Source: Camelus dromedarius
Taxonomy: Eukaryota
Length of the DNA: 64,000 nt
Assembly (NCBI RefSeq): GCF_036321535.1
Contig: NC_087446.1
Location: forward strand, 57,908,001-57,972,000
Direction: 5' to 3'
The notes under the pieces were generated by a model. That model saw nothing but the letters and a program-made list of their open reading frames with translations, had not been told where the DNA came from and searched no databases. The position numbers and the translations under genes are program-made. This document shows positions 35,585-49,132 of this stretch, piece after piece (the first letter of the stretch is position 1; every line of letters begins with the position of its first letter).

Positions 35585-37562
35585 CAATCTCTCAATAGAG
35601 CAAATATAACCTTCGTCACTCTGGGTAAAGTACAGCTGAGATGGGAGGGGGAGTTCATATTCTGCCTTCTGAGGTCATTAACATCATTTTTCCTAGAACA
35701 GAAAAATCCAGGGCAACTCTGCTCCTCAAAGTCCTTCTTTTAACCTTTATACTGGCTCCACTTTTAAAAGACAGGCTATCCAAAAACTCTGATGCAGTCC
35801 CAGTCTTAATGAGTGGAAAAACAGAAATGGGCAAATCCCCACTAAACTGGTAAGGAAGTGGTCTTAAAAGACTATTTCTTACCAAGAGAAGCCCTGGAAG
35901 TTTTTGTAACTTCTATGAAATGCTGGATAGGACTTGGTGGCAGATAACATTGAAAATGCAATACATTTTATTTTATCTTATAATAATATAGTCTTATAAT
36001 TTTATATACCTCTAAGAATATTTAGGACTAAAATCTCACTATAGCCATTCGGATAGTCAAGTGAGAAGGTATATTCCCTCTTTACAGCTTCATTGATTTT
36101 ACCTCTCTGTGGCCGTGAAGCCTGAAACCAATGCAGATGTGAATATTCAACCTTTCCCTGAAGATTTCAGGTTGGTAACCAGGAGGGCAAGGGCATCCAG
36201 AGCACTGTGTAACTTCTCCCAGTCCCTGATTCCAACTGTGGACTGCATCCCACTAGTGGCTTATGGAATCAATTTAATGGGTTGCAATCAGCATTTGAAA
36301 AAAAATTTTTAGTAAAATAAAATTTAAAATACTATGTCGTACCACATGCAGTAATAAGGAATGTTCTGTAAAACCTTTATTTAAGTTAGACATATACAAG
36401 TTTTGCCAGAAAATGATACAAAATGCAGAATGCATTATGGTCAAAATGCTTGAAAGCAGCTGCCCTATAAATGTTTGTAAAAAACAATACATATAGAAAA
36501 TCTTGAATAAGCCAGCAAGGATGCTCTCATATAATGTGATTCTTAAACAACATGAACTCACAAATCAGTAGAGACTTGAAATGTTCTTGAAGTGCTTAAA
36601 CGTGAAGACTCCTTAGAAAACCCTGGATCATAGTTTTTATATACTTTTCCTGTAAAATTTCTATACCCATATACCCAAAATGTTTTACACATGATTTAGT
36701 GGGTTCATAGATATGGTAAATCCAATCTAGAATTAACAGATCCCTAGTTTAGAACTCCTGCTTGAAATATTCTGAAGCTCCTAAAATTTCCTTGAAATGT
36801 AATAGCATCTGCCTGTCCTTAAAGGAAAGCAAAGTTCTAGATCTAAAGATTCTGAATGCATTTGTGTAAATGGAGATTTTTATTCTAATCTAATATTTGC
36901 TGAACTGTAGACAGGTATATGGAATGGTTCAAAGGACAGAAGACTTTTCATTCTAATACACAATCTTTGAATTCTAACAGACAGAGAAAGAGGGTCTGTT
37001 GAAGAAGAAGTGAGGAGCTGGTACTCTTGGCATCGAGGGAATTGAGGGAGTTCAACAGGAAGGAAAATGAGAGGCTGATATGACTGTATGAAAAATAAAA
37101 ACAAAAATGGCAGAGAAGCGTAAGAAAACAAGCTCATCTAAGAAGAGTTAGGCAGGCAAAGGAAGCAGGGCAGTAAGTGGAACCAATGAGAAGTAAGGAA
37201 AGTGAATACAGGGGAAAGAAAATTAGTAATTTCTGGAAGGAGACAGCTGTTGCAGGCATTCCTTTATTAACTCTTTTCAAAAACTATTTAAACATCATCT
37301 ACGAAGCGATTATTTCATATTGGCACTGGGGAGAGTACATTTGGAGAAATCATAATAAGAACTTTCTATATAGGGCAAACAGGACTGGCAAGAACCCAAC
37401 ACCATTCAAATGGGCTGCTGGGCTGGGTCATGTCATCAGAGGAAAAGTTCATGGTCCCTCTCCTTTTGTTCTCTTCAGATTTCATGTCCCTTTCAGAATA
37501 CCTCTTCCTTTCTCACCTTTTATTATTACCATTTTACCTTGAGACTCAAAATTGTTTAAGCA

Positions 37563-38492
37563 ATGCAAAATAAAACCACATTGACTGAGTTCATCCTGCT
37601 GGGTCTAACAGATGTCCCTGAACTCCAGATGGTGGTTTTCACCTTTCTGTTCCTTGCCTATTTGCTCAGCATGATGGGAAATCTGACGATCCTCATCCTC
37701 ACCTTGCTGGACTCCCACCTTCAGACCCCCATGTATTTCTTTCTCCAGAACTTCTCCTTCTTAGAAATTTCCTTCACAAACATCTTCATTCCTAGGGTCC
37801 TGATCAGCATCACAACAGGAAACAAGAGCATCAGCTTTGCTGGCTGTTTCACTCAGTATTTCTTTGCCATATTCCTTGGGTCAACAGAGTTTTACCTTCT
37901 GGCCGCCATGTCCTATGACCGCTATGTGGCCGTCTGCAAGCCCCTGCACTACACGACCACCATGAGCAGCAGAGCCTGCACCCAGCTGGTTCTCTGCTCC
38001 TGGCTGGCTGGGTTAATGGTTATTATACCACCAATCACTCTGATGAGTCAGCAGGACTTCTGTGCCTCCAACAGGCTGAATCACTATTTCTGTGACTATG
38101 AGCCCCTTCGGGAACTCTCCTGTTCAGACACAAGCCTCATAGAGAAGGTTGTCTTCCTTGTGGCCTCAGTGACCCTGGTGGTCACTCTGGTGCTAGTGAT
38201 TCTCTCCTACACGTTCATCATCAGGACTGTTCTGAAGCTCCCCTCTGGCCAGCAAAGGACAAAGGCCTTTTCCACTTGTTCTTCCCACCTGATTGTCGTC
38301 TCTCTCTCTTATGGAAGCTGCTTCTTCATTTACATTAAGCCCACAGCAAAAGAAGCGGATTCATTCAACAAGGGAGCCGCTCTACTCATTACTTCAGCTG
38401 CACCTTTGTTGAACCCCTTCATTTACACCCTAAGGAACCAACAGGTAAAACAAGCCTTCAAGGATACAGTCAAGAAGCTTATGAAACTTTAA
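37563..38492 (+). CDS. OR2AP1: Olfactory receptor OR2AP1 orthologue (OR6C-related), intact, 309 aa
   Basis: Diagnostic segments match recalled human OR2AP1: [21 protein letters not shown] and [43 protein letters not shown]. Lies downstream of OR6C4. Confidence 0.88.
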   Translation: MQNKTTLTEFILLGLTDVPELQMVVFTFLFLAYLLSMMGNLTILILTLLDSHLQTPMYFFLQNFSFLEISFTNIFIPRVLISITTGNKSISFAGCFTQYFFAIFLGSTEFYLLAAMSYDRYVAVCKPLHYTTTMSSRACTQLVLCSWLAGLMVIIPPITLMSQQDFCASNRLNHYFCDYEPLRELSCSDTSLIEKVVFLVASVTLVVTLVLVILSYTFIIRTVLKLPSGQQRTKAFSTCSSHLIVVSLSYGSCFFIYIKPTAKEADSFNKGAALLITSAAPLLNPFIYTLRNQQVKQAFKDTVKKLMKL

Positions 38493-38619
38493 AGAATTTC
38501 AGAATTAAAACCTTAACGGGTGAATCCTTACTACGTACCAAACTCTCTGCCAGTTACTAGATATCCAATAAAGAGTTAAACTCCAGGACAGTGAGAGAGA
38601 CTTGGAAATTAAAAAAATA

Positions 38620-39480
38620 CAACCTAAATGTTCATATAAAGAAATGATTAGGTTTTATTAATGAAAAAGCAGCTCAATCTGAGTTAGTGAGTCAAAAAGT
38701 TTTCAGAGCAGGTGCCATTTAAATTGAGTCTTGACAAGTAGGAATAGGTCAAGCAAGCAAAAATAGAGAAAGAAACAGGTAGAAAGAATATTGGTGGTGG
38801 GAGCACAAATTTTCAGTCCAACAAGATTGAGGAAATGTTGTCATTCATTTCAATTAAATAAAACAGAGAAGGAAAAGAGTTGTGGAGATAAAAGTTTTAG
38901 TTTTGAATTAAGTTAAATCCCACTTTAAATAAATTAAATGCTCAAAATGTCAAGCCATTTGGATTTGGGACAAGATCTGTGAATTTAGAAATCCTTACCA
39001 TGTAGATGGCAACTGATGTGGAAACAGAGGAGGCCATGAATAGAAGCAAGTACAGAAGTTCAAATACTAAACTCTTAGCATCCTCTCATAATTTGAAGAG
39101 CATAAGAGGCAGAAGATAAGAAAGTCCACAGAACTGTGGGATTCATAAGAGAATGTCTCAAGAAACACAGGTTATTTGGCAATGTGAAATGCTGCAGAGA
39201 GCAATTAATATGAAGAATGAAAGCATGAGAACTGACAATTAGGCTACTGTTATTGATCACAGCCATTTTCAGAAAATGTGGAACTTGGGGGTGGGGTAGG
39301 AAGAAGTCAGACCACAGTGGGATACTGGTGGTTAGGAGTTGAAAAGCTAGAAATGGTAAGATGGAATTTCAAGAGTATGGGTCAATGGCTTTGGTTCCTA
39401 GACTTGAGGGCATATAACACTGTGCCACGCCTATAACAGGCACTCAATAAATGCTCAATTAATTTAAAAACATGAGTAAA
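38620..39480. mobile_element. L2 fragments (minus-strand body plus a short plus-strand 3' end at about 39380-39480)
   Basis: Purine-rich L2 text; ggcactcaataaatgctc tail. Confidence 0.55.
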
Positions 39481-39899
39481 TGATGTCTTTATTACACAGG
39501 ATTCAAGTAAGCTTTCATAAGCTTTTTTATCATCTACTAGTTTTTTAAAGGGCCAAACTCTTTCTCTCCTGAACACTTTAAAGCCTATTTTGAACCACAT
39601 AGTTATTTCTTTGTAGAGATATCCACAGACAAATCCTCTGTTAATGTCACCTTGTTTAACATTATTTTAAGAGTTTTTTTCTCCTTTTCTCAGGGATATT
39701 TATAGGTAAATAAATTAAAAGGAGAATCAGATTTTCACAAAAGCTGTCTAAGCATGTTTTCAGAAGTCTAGGAGACGCACATACCCTTTTATAAAAGTGT
39801 GTTCCCCGTTAAACTATCCCTTATATCTACGATCTACTATTAGGAATTAAATTATTTTCTTTTGAGTCTTCTTCCTATTAAAATGCAATCAAGAGAAGC

Positions 39900-40210
39900 A
39901 GTGTACCAGTGTACTATAGAAGTAAACAGCCTCAAAATCTCAGTGGCTTAAATAACCAAAGTTTATAACCTCTCATACTATATGTTCAGTGTGGATCAGC
40001 AGCCAACTCTGCTCCACATGGTAACTTCTGCATCATCTTATAATGCTGCCATCCCCACATAAGATGCTTCAAGGGTCACAACAGGAAACACACAAAACAG
40101 GAAATGTCTCAAACCTGCGATTAAAAGCTCCGCCCAAAACCCACTGGCCAAAACGAGTTAACAAATGCAAAAGATCCAAGAAGTGTGATCTTCCCACACA
40201 TACAGAAGGA
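39900..40210 (-). mobile_element. Old MLT1-type LTR
   Basis: aaacagcctcaaaatctcagtggcttaaataaccaaagtttat ... ccactggccaaaac. Confidence 0.6.
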
Positions 40211-40362
40211 AAAGAGAACATGAGAACTTGAGAGCAAAAGATGAAAACACCTTATAGGCTAGGATATGTTACTTTTTTTTTCCAAATGACAGCCAAGTCC
40301 TGTAAACAAAACTGGCTAAAGAAATTTGGCAGAGCAAATTACCGCCATGAAAACTGTAGTGA

Positions 40363-41089
40363 AATGTTGGTGGGGATGTAAACTGGGGTGGCCACTATAA
40401 AGAACGGTATGGAGGTCCCTTTGAAAACTAAAAATAAACTTACCATATGATCCAGCAATCCCACTCCTGGCCATATATCCAGAGGAAACTCTAATTCAAA
40501 AAGACACATGAACCCCAATGTTGACAGCACTACTATTTACAACAGCCAAGACATGGAAGCAACCTAAGTGTCCATCAACAGATGACTGGACAAAGAAGAT
40601 GTGGCATATATATACAATGGGAAACTACTCAGCCATAAAAAAGAATGAAATAATGCCATTTGCAGCAACATGGGTGGACCTAGAGACTATCATATTAAGT
40701 GAAGTCTAAGTCAGAGAGAGAAAGAGAAATCATATGATATCAGTTATAGGTGGAACCTTAAAAAAATGATACAAATGACCTTATTTACAAAACAGGAATA
40801 GACTCAAAGACACTGAAAACAAACTTATAGTTACCAAAGAGGAGAGCAGCGGGGGGAGGAGCGATAAATTAATTTTGAGATTACATATACACACTACTAT
40901 ATATACAATATATAAACAACAAAGACCTACTGTGTAGCACAGGGAACTATATTCAATAACTTCTAATAACCTATAATGGAAAAGAATCTGAAAAGAACAT
41001 AGATATATATTATGTATAACTGAATCACTTTGTTGTACACCTGAAACTAACACAACATTGTAAATCAACTATACTTCAATTAAAAACAG
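40363..41089 (+). mobile_element. L1 3' portion (older subfamily)
   Basis: ORF2 C-terminus (KWPSTDDW-like) through atcaactatacttcaattaaaaa; 5' TSD AAAACTGTAGTGA at 40350-40362. Confidence 0.9.
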
Positions 41090-41095
41090 AAACTG

Positions 41096-41450
41096 GAAAA
41101 ATAACATATGAGATCGCTCATATGTGGAATCTTAAAAAAAAAAACAAAGCATAAATACAAAACAGAAATAGACTCACAGACATAGAATACAAACTTGTGG
41201 TTGCCAAGGGGGCGGAGGGTGGGAAGAGAAAGACTGGGATTTCAAAATTGTAGAATAGATAAACAAGATTATACTGTATAGCACAGGGAAATATACACAA
41301 GATCTTATGGTAGCTCACAGAGAAAAAAATGTGACAATGAATATATATATGTTCATGTATAACTGAAAAATTGTGCTGTACACTGGAATTTGACACAACA
41401 TTGTAAAATGATTATAAATCAATAAAAAATGTTAAAAAACAAAAACAACA
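41096..41450 (+). mobile_element. Young camelid L1 3' end
   Basis: gactcacagacatagaatacaaacttgtggttgccaagg ... tcaataaaaaatgttaaaaaac; followed by AAAACTGTAGTGA at 41451-41463. Confidence 0.9.
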
Positions 41451-42689
41451 AAAACTGTAGTGAGACAGACTGAGGAAAACAATGTCTCATGGTTTCATCT
41501 TTTAAAAATATAAATCATATCATGTCACTTTCTTTCTTAAAACCCTCTGAGAGCTTCCCATTACTTAAATTCCAAATTCTTCACCACAGTCCACAAGGCA
41601 CTACCTCAACTAGCTCTGGCCCAGCTCTTTCAACACTCTGCCCTCGGCACTGACTAACAAGCCCAGAAGAGGTAACAATTACAGCTCATGTTCCTTCTCC
41701 TAAAAGAACTTCAGAACGAATTACATCCTGTTATTTCCTCCCTGTCAACTTAATCACTACCAGAAAACTCTCTAGATCCTCCTTCATTACCCCCGAGTGA
41801 TCTGTCATCTTCAAAATCCTCTGAAAACTCTCAGCACACCTGTCCTTCACATATTTCTGATCCTGGAGAGGGGGTGGGTACCCTCCTCGCTCTCCACTAC
41901 TTTTTTTTTTTTTTTTTTATTCACGAGATAGTCAGTAGAGTAACATTTATTGATGGTCTACTTACACCAAGACTGCAAAAAACGCTGCAGATAAATGGAT
42001 GAAAAGTCATGGTTCTACCCTCAAGGCCCTTATAACCAGTAGGAGACCTCATGCTAAATATCAGAGCAGAAATACACCAACGCAATCAAAAGGGAGAGGA
42101 CAGAGCAGATACTACCACCTGGAGAAGTTAGGGAGCATCTCATATATGTATTCTCTTATCCTTAATTCTCTTCCATTCTTTCGTCATTTTCCCATTCATT
42201 ATCATACACATGGATGATATTGAAACTAATTATCTTATTGGAGACAGAAGAGAAATTTAAAATTTCTTTTTCCTTTTTAAAAACAAAATTTTTTTGAAGT
42301 GCAGTTGATTTACAATGTCAGTTTCAGGTATACAGCAAACCGATTCAGTTATACATACACATACATGGTTTTTTTCTTTTCAGATTCTTCTCCATTCTCT
42401 CCATTGCCTCTTACAGACCACTGTCCTCTATTTTCAAAACCTGTAATTCCGTTAAAGCACATGTCATCAGATTATATCACTCCTTGTTCAACTACTCCCT
42501 CAGGTATCTGGTTGGTTCACTGATAAGTTTAGCAACTGGCTACCCCAACTCTACCACTTACTCCTGGTTTGATTGTTTGTTTGGTGACTTGAATAGCTAC
42601 AGAGATCGATGTACTGAACCAGTGTGATGTTCTGTGGGCTGGTGAACTCAGCCTGGCTCAGCTGGCTGGCTCTACTTCAAGCTGTGGGT

Positions 42690-43950
42690 CTGTTCACGAC
42701 ACTGAGGACAAGAGGACCTAAGAAACAAGTAGCTGGATTCCATGGTAAGACACACGCTTGCCCAGGGGAAGAAGATAAATTCCAAGACACTGTCGTTCCC
42801 TGCTTCCTCAGTGAAGTTTCTGGGATTCCAGATGTCTAAGGGCATATCAGGGTATACCTTCAAATTAGAATAAAAATTACTACATTTTGTACCTCCTAAG
42901 AGGAATCAAAAAGTACAATACACTACATTGACGAGATAATATACACCACATTGGTGACTGCTGTTCTGGCCCACGTACTAAGTAATCCATAAAACTGCTC
43001 ACAATAAGGGAAAGCTCTCCAGATGGCCCAGACTTCGATGCAAGCAGAGTCCTTATGACTCTGTGGATTTCACTGTATTCAAAGTGTCGGTGGGAGATCA
43101 GGACGCAGTGTAGAATTTGTGGCATGCTCCCGTAGGTAAGTCTTAATACAAACCCCCTAAGATAAATCCACACCATCTTTAGCAATTAACTTGCTGTTTT
43201 GAGAAATAAGTGTTTTGCTCGTTACTGGGCCTGGCACAGACTGAATGTCTATTCGTGGGGCAAGCTAAAAACATGTACCTTGAACTACTCATCATGAACT
43301 GAGTGAATATCTTTCACTAAGTCATAAAAATAGAAGTGTCTAAAAATGCCCCAGCTTCAAGTGGAAGTGAGACATAGGAGATGAAGCTCATGCAGACCCT
43401 TCAAAGCAGAAGCAACGTGCACAGGCAGAAGGCTCGCACTCCTGATGTATTAACCCTTCCTCTGGTGCCTCTGCTACCTCAAACCACACCTGTAACTTCA
43501 TGTTTGGTGAGGGTCAGGGAGGCGGGTTCCCAATGACTAATGGACTAGGGAAGAGAAAATAAAGCCTTCTTTACAGATGGCTCTGTGCAATACACTGACA
43601 TGAGCCAGCGGTGGACTACCGTGGTGTTACAACACCACTGAGGCACGGCCATGAAAAGTAGTTGGGAAGGGAAATCATCCCACCAGCAGAACTTTGATAC
43701 TAACAGCTGTCACTCTGTCTGGAAGGAGAGATGTCTAGAGAGTTAGACATATACCATTCAGTGCTTAGAAGATAATGGTTTGTCTATATAATCAGAGACT
43801 TAGAATGAAAAAAAAAGTTGGAGGATTGGTTAACCAGGAGGTTTGGGGTAGAGGAATAAGGATGGACCTCTCACAGTGTGACTGAAGCTGAGGACACTTG
43901 TAATACCTTATGACTGAGTGCTCACCATAAGTCTCCTGCGGCAAACACAC
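42690..43950 (+). mobile_element. ERVL (HERV-L/MuERV-L-like) pol fragment, RT C-terminus to RNase H
   Basis: Colinear traces across stops and frameshifts: HDTED (HYIDD), SVKFLG, IPHL, KALQ, PYD..VSV.D.DAV, YWAL..TE, IMN, KWK, FTDGS, GKSS..AEL, NGL, SAH. Confidence 0.88.
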
Positions 43951-44426
43951 ACATCCACCACGCACATCTATCAGAAATTTGGTAGACTTTTCCTTTTCAG
44001 GGCACAGAAGACTAAAGTGAAGGGAAAGGGTCTAATGGGGAAAACGCTAAACCCTCTACATGGCTCGTGTTACCTGACCAATGTAAGAGTACCACGGCAA
44101 CAGAAGGCAAATGGCCTCCTACACCTTGTTCTTTAGGAGGCATATGGTGCTAGGAACATTAAATAATTAAGGTATGTCGTCCAGCATTATGCACAATGTA
44201 ATGAAGGTGTGTTGTGTAGCGTTATGCGTAGCACATGGTAAATGGCTCAAAAAATATACTGTTGTTCTAGTTCCCACGATTATTTTTCATCGTTGTCATT
44301 ACTCCAGCTTCCACGAGGCTTTTGAACTATACTGATGCTCTCCTGCTAACTTCCTCAGCGTCTCTTTGGACTTCTTCCCCAATCCCTTATTAAAAGTTCA
44401 ATTCCAGAGTTCTCAGCAAATAGGGC

Positions 44427-44460
44427 TCATTAGCATGCTCTGAATGGGGGTCTCCTGGGA
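44427..44460 (+). promoter_or_regulatory. Candidate promoter module for the 48203 gene
   Basis: TCATTA 44427-44432, 18 nt, TCTCCTGGGA 44451-44460. Upstream CCAGAGTT...CAAA is homologous to the other copies. Confidence 0.62.
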
Positions 44461-45059
44461 TCTTTTCTCTCCTTCCTCATCTGATTATGCTGAGGTCTCC
44501 CCCGAATAGAATATTTAAAATATGCTTCCATCTGGTGTAAAATCAGAAGCAGCACATATCCAGGCTCAGATGAGTCAGAACGGAGGAAACTAGACTTTGA
44601 AGGGAGGGTGGTTTCTATTATCACTACCATAAACACATTTAACTTAAATAAATCACACCTCAAAGGATTACCTGCTGGCTGGGGGGCATTTTACATTTTA
44701 TGTGGAGATAAGAAGTGGCAAATGACAGCTAAGCTGATATACAGCAGGAGGAGTAGGAGTTTTTCTACCAAATTTTCATAAGTTTGTGAACTTTTGTGAT
44801 GAATTAGGTCAGTAAGTAGCGGTGGGAAGGCAGACAAGTTCAGTTTTATGCTACCTTTCCTCCACATCTGACTTCTAAACTGTGATTCATTCCATAGAGG
44901 TGCACGGGTAAAACCCTACAGAACTTTCCCTGAAAGTCAAGTGTAAGTATATTCTCAGCTTCTAGTTAAATCAGTGTTACCTGTTTGTGATTATAGAGCA
45001 TGAAATTATATTACTGTGATTTTTCTTAATTAAAAAGTAACTCACGCTTGTTTTACAGT

Positions 45060-45530
45060 ATTCATGGAATACAGACAAATATAAAGTAAAAAGAGACAGC
45101 TCCCCTTATGTCCTCCACTTCCTCATCTAACTCCATAAATGCAATACTGAAAATTTCTCCAGATCTATGTGAATACGCACATAAAAATATAGTTTTAGAG
45201 CATATACGATATATACTTTTTAACCCAAATGGGATAATACACTACTGTTCAGCAGCTTGCTTTACTCACTTAGCAATATATCAAATATATCTTTCCAAGT
45301 GAGTTCACATAAATACTTCCCATTTATTTGTATTGGTGTATTGCATTTTATAGTTTGGATGTGCCAAAGTTATTTAGTCACTTCCATACTGATGGAAACT
45401 TTAATTGTTTCCAAATTTTTACATTTATAAACAAGGCTATAATGAACATCCTTGTAAAATTATTGAAACAGAATTATCATAGAATTTATACAGAATATGA
45501 ATGTGAAATTTTGAATGATAACATACATCT
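45060..45530 (-). mobile_element. Old L1ME-like fragment, duplicated at 54150-54570
   Basis: Same relative position in both duplicated OR units; ..aatgaacatc..gaaattttgaatgata. Confidence 0.55.
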
Positions 45531-46879
45531 GTTCACCAAAGACCAACAATTAATGACCAGGAAGTGCAAGAGCCTGGACATTCAGGTACTGGATGGCATT
45601 ACCAGGTTCCACACATCCTGTGATTGGGACGTTCCTAGGGACAATGGCAAAGATGGCTCTCTGGTGTTCCAGATAGGCACACGGGCCAGGGATGTACGGA
45701 GGGAGCGGGGCTAAGGATTTCTTTATTTCAGGAAACTTAAAAGATCAGAACAATATGAAAATGCCTAATTGATTCTAAAATTCAAAGCTTCTTTCTTGGA
45801 ATAAATGCCAACATTTCTGAAAAAGAATATTATGACCACATAATCTGGTAGCCCACTTCCTGGTTCTGTGTTCGGGCTGTACCTGTATCTTATGCAAAGT
45901 GCCTCAGCCCATCCAGGGAGCTTAGAGAGCACAGATGGAGGAGTCCAGGTACAAATGAACACCTCTCTCTAAGTGTCAGGGGTAAGAATTTAAAGTAGTT
46001 CCTGAAAGCCCCTCCTGAAATCATGTGCTTTCTGAGGTTTCTCTTTCCATCAGTGACAGGTCAGTATTACGAAAACAAAGCATGAAGGAACTCTGTGCCC
46101 AAACAAACTTTACATGCATTAAGTCATTTTAAAATTATTGTATCCCCCTCACCCTCAGTAACACATAACAGAAATACAGATTTTTATTGTTTGGGGATAG
46201 AGGAGCACCAACTATGAACAAGGAAAATCTCAAAATACAACCTTGCTAACAGAGGCCTGGCTCTCAGCTCCTAAAATCTCACCAGAGACTACATGACTCA
46301 TTGATCATTCATCAGTGGAAGAGAGAAGGGAAGTGATAACATCAATTTATAGATTGAAGAGACTTTACCCTAGACTAACTCTTGAAAGTTCCTATTCACT
46401 GTTAGACAAAAAAAAGCTAGGAAAATGCACAGTTTATATGGTTGATTTTCAAGGACAAAGGGTAAACAGAGAATAAAATGGTGGGGAGGGGGTAAAAGAA
46501 AGAGAAGGGCACTACCTTTTTTCATTTATTTAATAACCATGTATTTTGATTATACTGTGTGTTTTTGCCAATGTTACTGAGGAGTAAAAGAACACCAAAA
46601 GAGGAAGAATGTATTTATGAAGAGCCTGGCATAAAACCAGCACTACAATCATTCAGCAGGTGTTGGTTCTCTTGCCCTTCCTCTGCATTTAAGGAACTTA
46701 CAGTCTGTTTTGGGGAAAGGTGACATATACACAGAAAACAGAAAATGGTCAATGCCTGAAAAGAATGCATCCTATGTGTTAATTCTTATCTTAGAATCAG
46801 ACATCTCTCTGAATTTATTCTGTGTCACAGATTTTCAGATACTCATTTTGATGTAAAAAATCCACATAGAATGCAGCCA

Positions 46880-47230
46880 GTCTGGAAGGCAGTATGGTGG
46901 TATCCAGCAAAACTGAAAATAGAATTATCATAGGATCCAGCAAGATATGCTGCTGGGTGTACACCCGGAAGAAATGAAAGTAGAATTTTGAAGATATATT
47001 TGCACACCCATGTTTACAGCAGCATTTTCACAATAATCAAGAGATAGAAGCAACCCAAACATCCATTACAGATGAATAGGTAGACAAAATGTAATATATA
47101 TGTACAATGGAATATTATTTAACCTCAAAAGGGGGGAAGTCCTATCACATGGTACAATATAGATTAACCTTGAGAACATTATGCTAAACGAAATAAGCCA
47201 GTCACAAAAAGACAAATATTGTACATAAGT
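46880..47230 (+). mobile_element. L1MA/MB fragment
   Basis: atcataggatccagcaag..ctgggtgtacacc..cacacccatgtttacagcagcattttcacaata. Confidence 0.8.
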
Positions 47231-48167
47231 TATCTGCTGAAAATGGCTTTGAGAACTTGAGAATTGTGGAGAAGTTTAAACAGAAGTTAAGTAATTTTTA
47301 TTATAAATTTATGGTAAAATGTATAATAAAAAGATGTAAATATTCAGAAACCTGTTCCTTATCAATAAGCAAAAACTAATTACTTGAATTCTCAAAGTAT
47401 GGTATAAATAGCCCCCTAATCATTCAAGTTATTCATGAGAAACTTGTAAGTGAGGCTTGCAACTTTTGATTCCAGTTATATTTGTCTAGCCAGAGGAATA
47501 TCACATACTTATTAATATAATAGACATGGATACGGAAGAAAATTATAGCAGGGATCTGATTGGAGAGGTACCATCTATTTCTCTGCTAAAACCATCTAAG
47601 ACAGGAGAACTAGGGCCTGAGGAAAAGCTGACACTGGCAGCAAAGATTTACAGACTGATAATATTAGTTACAATGGTCCACAAATTCAAAAACATCAAAG
47701 GGAAGTTAGGCCATCTTTGGTCACCACAGTTACAACAGCATTGCTGATCCCCTCCTGAAGGCTCCTCAACTGCAGCTAACAGGTGAGCTTTCCTTCTCAC
47801 ACAGAGACCAAGAAAGTTACAGGAATGAGGTGTCACTGCCAAATGAGCAGAAGCAATGAAAGAGCAAAACTAGGGCTATCATTCAAAGTGGAAATAAAAA
47901 TAGAAAACAGAAAATGATCACGTAGGCACTGGTTTAGAAGACAGGCTAGGAGAGCTGAGGGGGAGCCTGAGAAGGGGCCGCGGAAGACACCCTCCCACGT
48001 GAGACTTCAGGGAAATCGTTCTTGTGACGAGTCACCCTCTGTCCCATAGAAAACCTCATCCACGTCAAAATGACAGGAAAAAAAGGCATTTGAACCAATT
48101 CAATAAGAAAAGCTTAACCTCTTCTAAATGCTCCTGGGCTCCTCTTCCGTTCTCATCACTGACTTCT

Positions 48168-48186
48168 TTCCTTTGTACCTTCATAG
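48168..48186 (+). other. 3' splice acceptor
   Basis: Pyrimidine tract then CATAG ending at 48186. Confidence 0.65.
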
Positions 48187-48202
48187 GCAGCAAAGGGCAG
48201 CA

Positions 48203-49132
48203 ATGAGAAACCACACCTATATGACAGAATTCATTCTGCTGGGACTGACAGACATCCCAGAGATTCAATTTGTAATCTTTATACTTCTCTTCCTCACCTA
48301 TGTATTCAGCATCTTAGGTAACCTGACAATCATCACCCTCACGCTACTGGACTCCCATCTCCAGACTCCCATGTATTTCTTCCTCCGGAACTTCTCCTTC
48401 CTAGAAATTTTCTTTACAACCACTTTTACTCCTAGGCTACTGTTCAGCATCTCAACCGGGAACAAGAGCATCAGCTTTGCTGGCTGCTTCACTCAGTATT
48501 TCTTTGCCATATTCCTTGGGGCCACAGAGTTTTACCTTCTGGCTGCCATGTCCTATGACCGCTATGTGGCCATCTGCAAACCCCTGCATTACACGACCAT
48601 CATGAGCAACAGAGTCTGCATCCAACTGGTTCTTTGCTCCTGGCTGGGGGGATTCCTCATCATTGTATCCCCAATCATCCTAACCAGTCAACTGGATTTC
48701 TGTGCCTCCAATGTCTTGAATCATTATTATTGTGACTATGGACCCCTCATAGAAATATCCTGCTCAGACACACGACTCCTGGAGCTGGCTGACTTTATCT
48801 TAGCAGTTGTGACCTTGGTGGTCACCCTGGTGATGGTGATTCTCTCCTACGCAAACATCATCCGGACCGTTCTGAAGATCCCCTCTGCTCAGCAAAGGAA
48901 GAAGGCCTTTTCCACGTGTTCCTCCCACATGATTGTCATCTCCCTCTCTTACGGCAGCTGCATCTTCATGTACGTAAAACCCTCAGCAAAAGAAGGAGTT
49001 GCCTTCAATAAGGGAGTAGCTGTGCTCAATACATTAATTGCCCCTTTACTCAACCCTTTCATTTACACCCTAAGGAATAAGCAAGTAAAACAAGCCTTCA
49101 AAGATGTGTCCAGAAAGATTGTGAGTCTTTAA
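48203..49132 (+). CDS. Olfactory receptor, OR6C4/OR2AP1 clade, intact, 309 aa
   Basis: Typical start MRNHTY at 48203, just after a polypyrimidine-AG acceptor ending at 48186. All OR motifs present. Confidence 0.93.
   Translation: MRNHTYMTEFILLGLTDIPEIQFVIFILLFLTYVFSILGNLTIITLTLLDSHLQTPMYFFLRNFSFLEIFFTTTFTPRLLFSISTGNKSISFAGCFTQYFFAIFLGATEFYLLAAMSYDRYVAICKPLHYTTIMSNRVCIQLVLCSWLGGFLIIVSPIILTSQLDFCASNVLNHYYCDYGPLIEISCSDTRLLELADFILAVVTLVVTLVMVILSYANIIRTVLKIPSAQQRKKAFSTCSSHMIVISLSYGSCIFMYVKPSAKEGVAFNKGVAVLNTLIAPLLNPFIYTLRNKQVKQAFKDVSRKIVSL

Noticed and set aside
3230-38572. AATAAA hexamers after OR stops (3230, 8914, 16879, 38567)
   Set aside because: Too frequent in AT-rich DNA to call poly(A) sites without 3'-end data.
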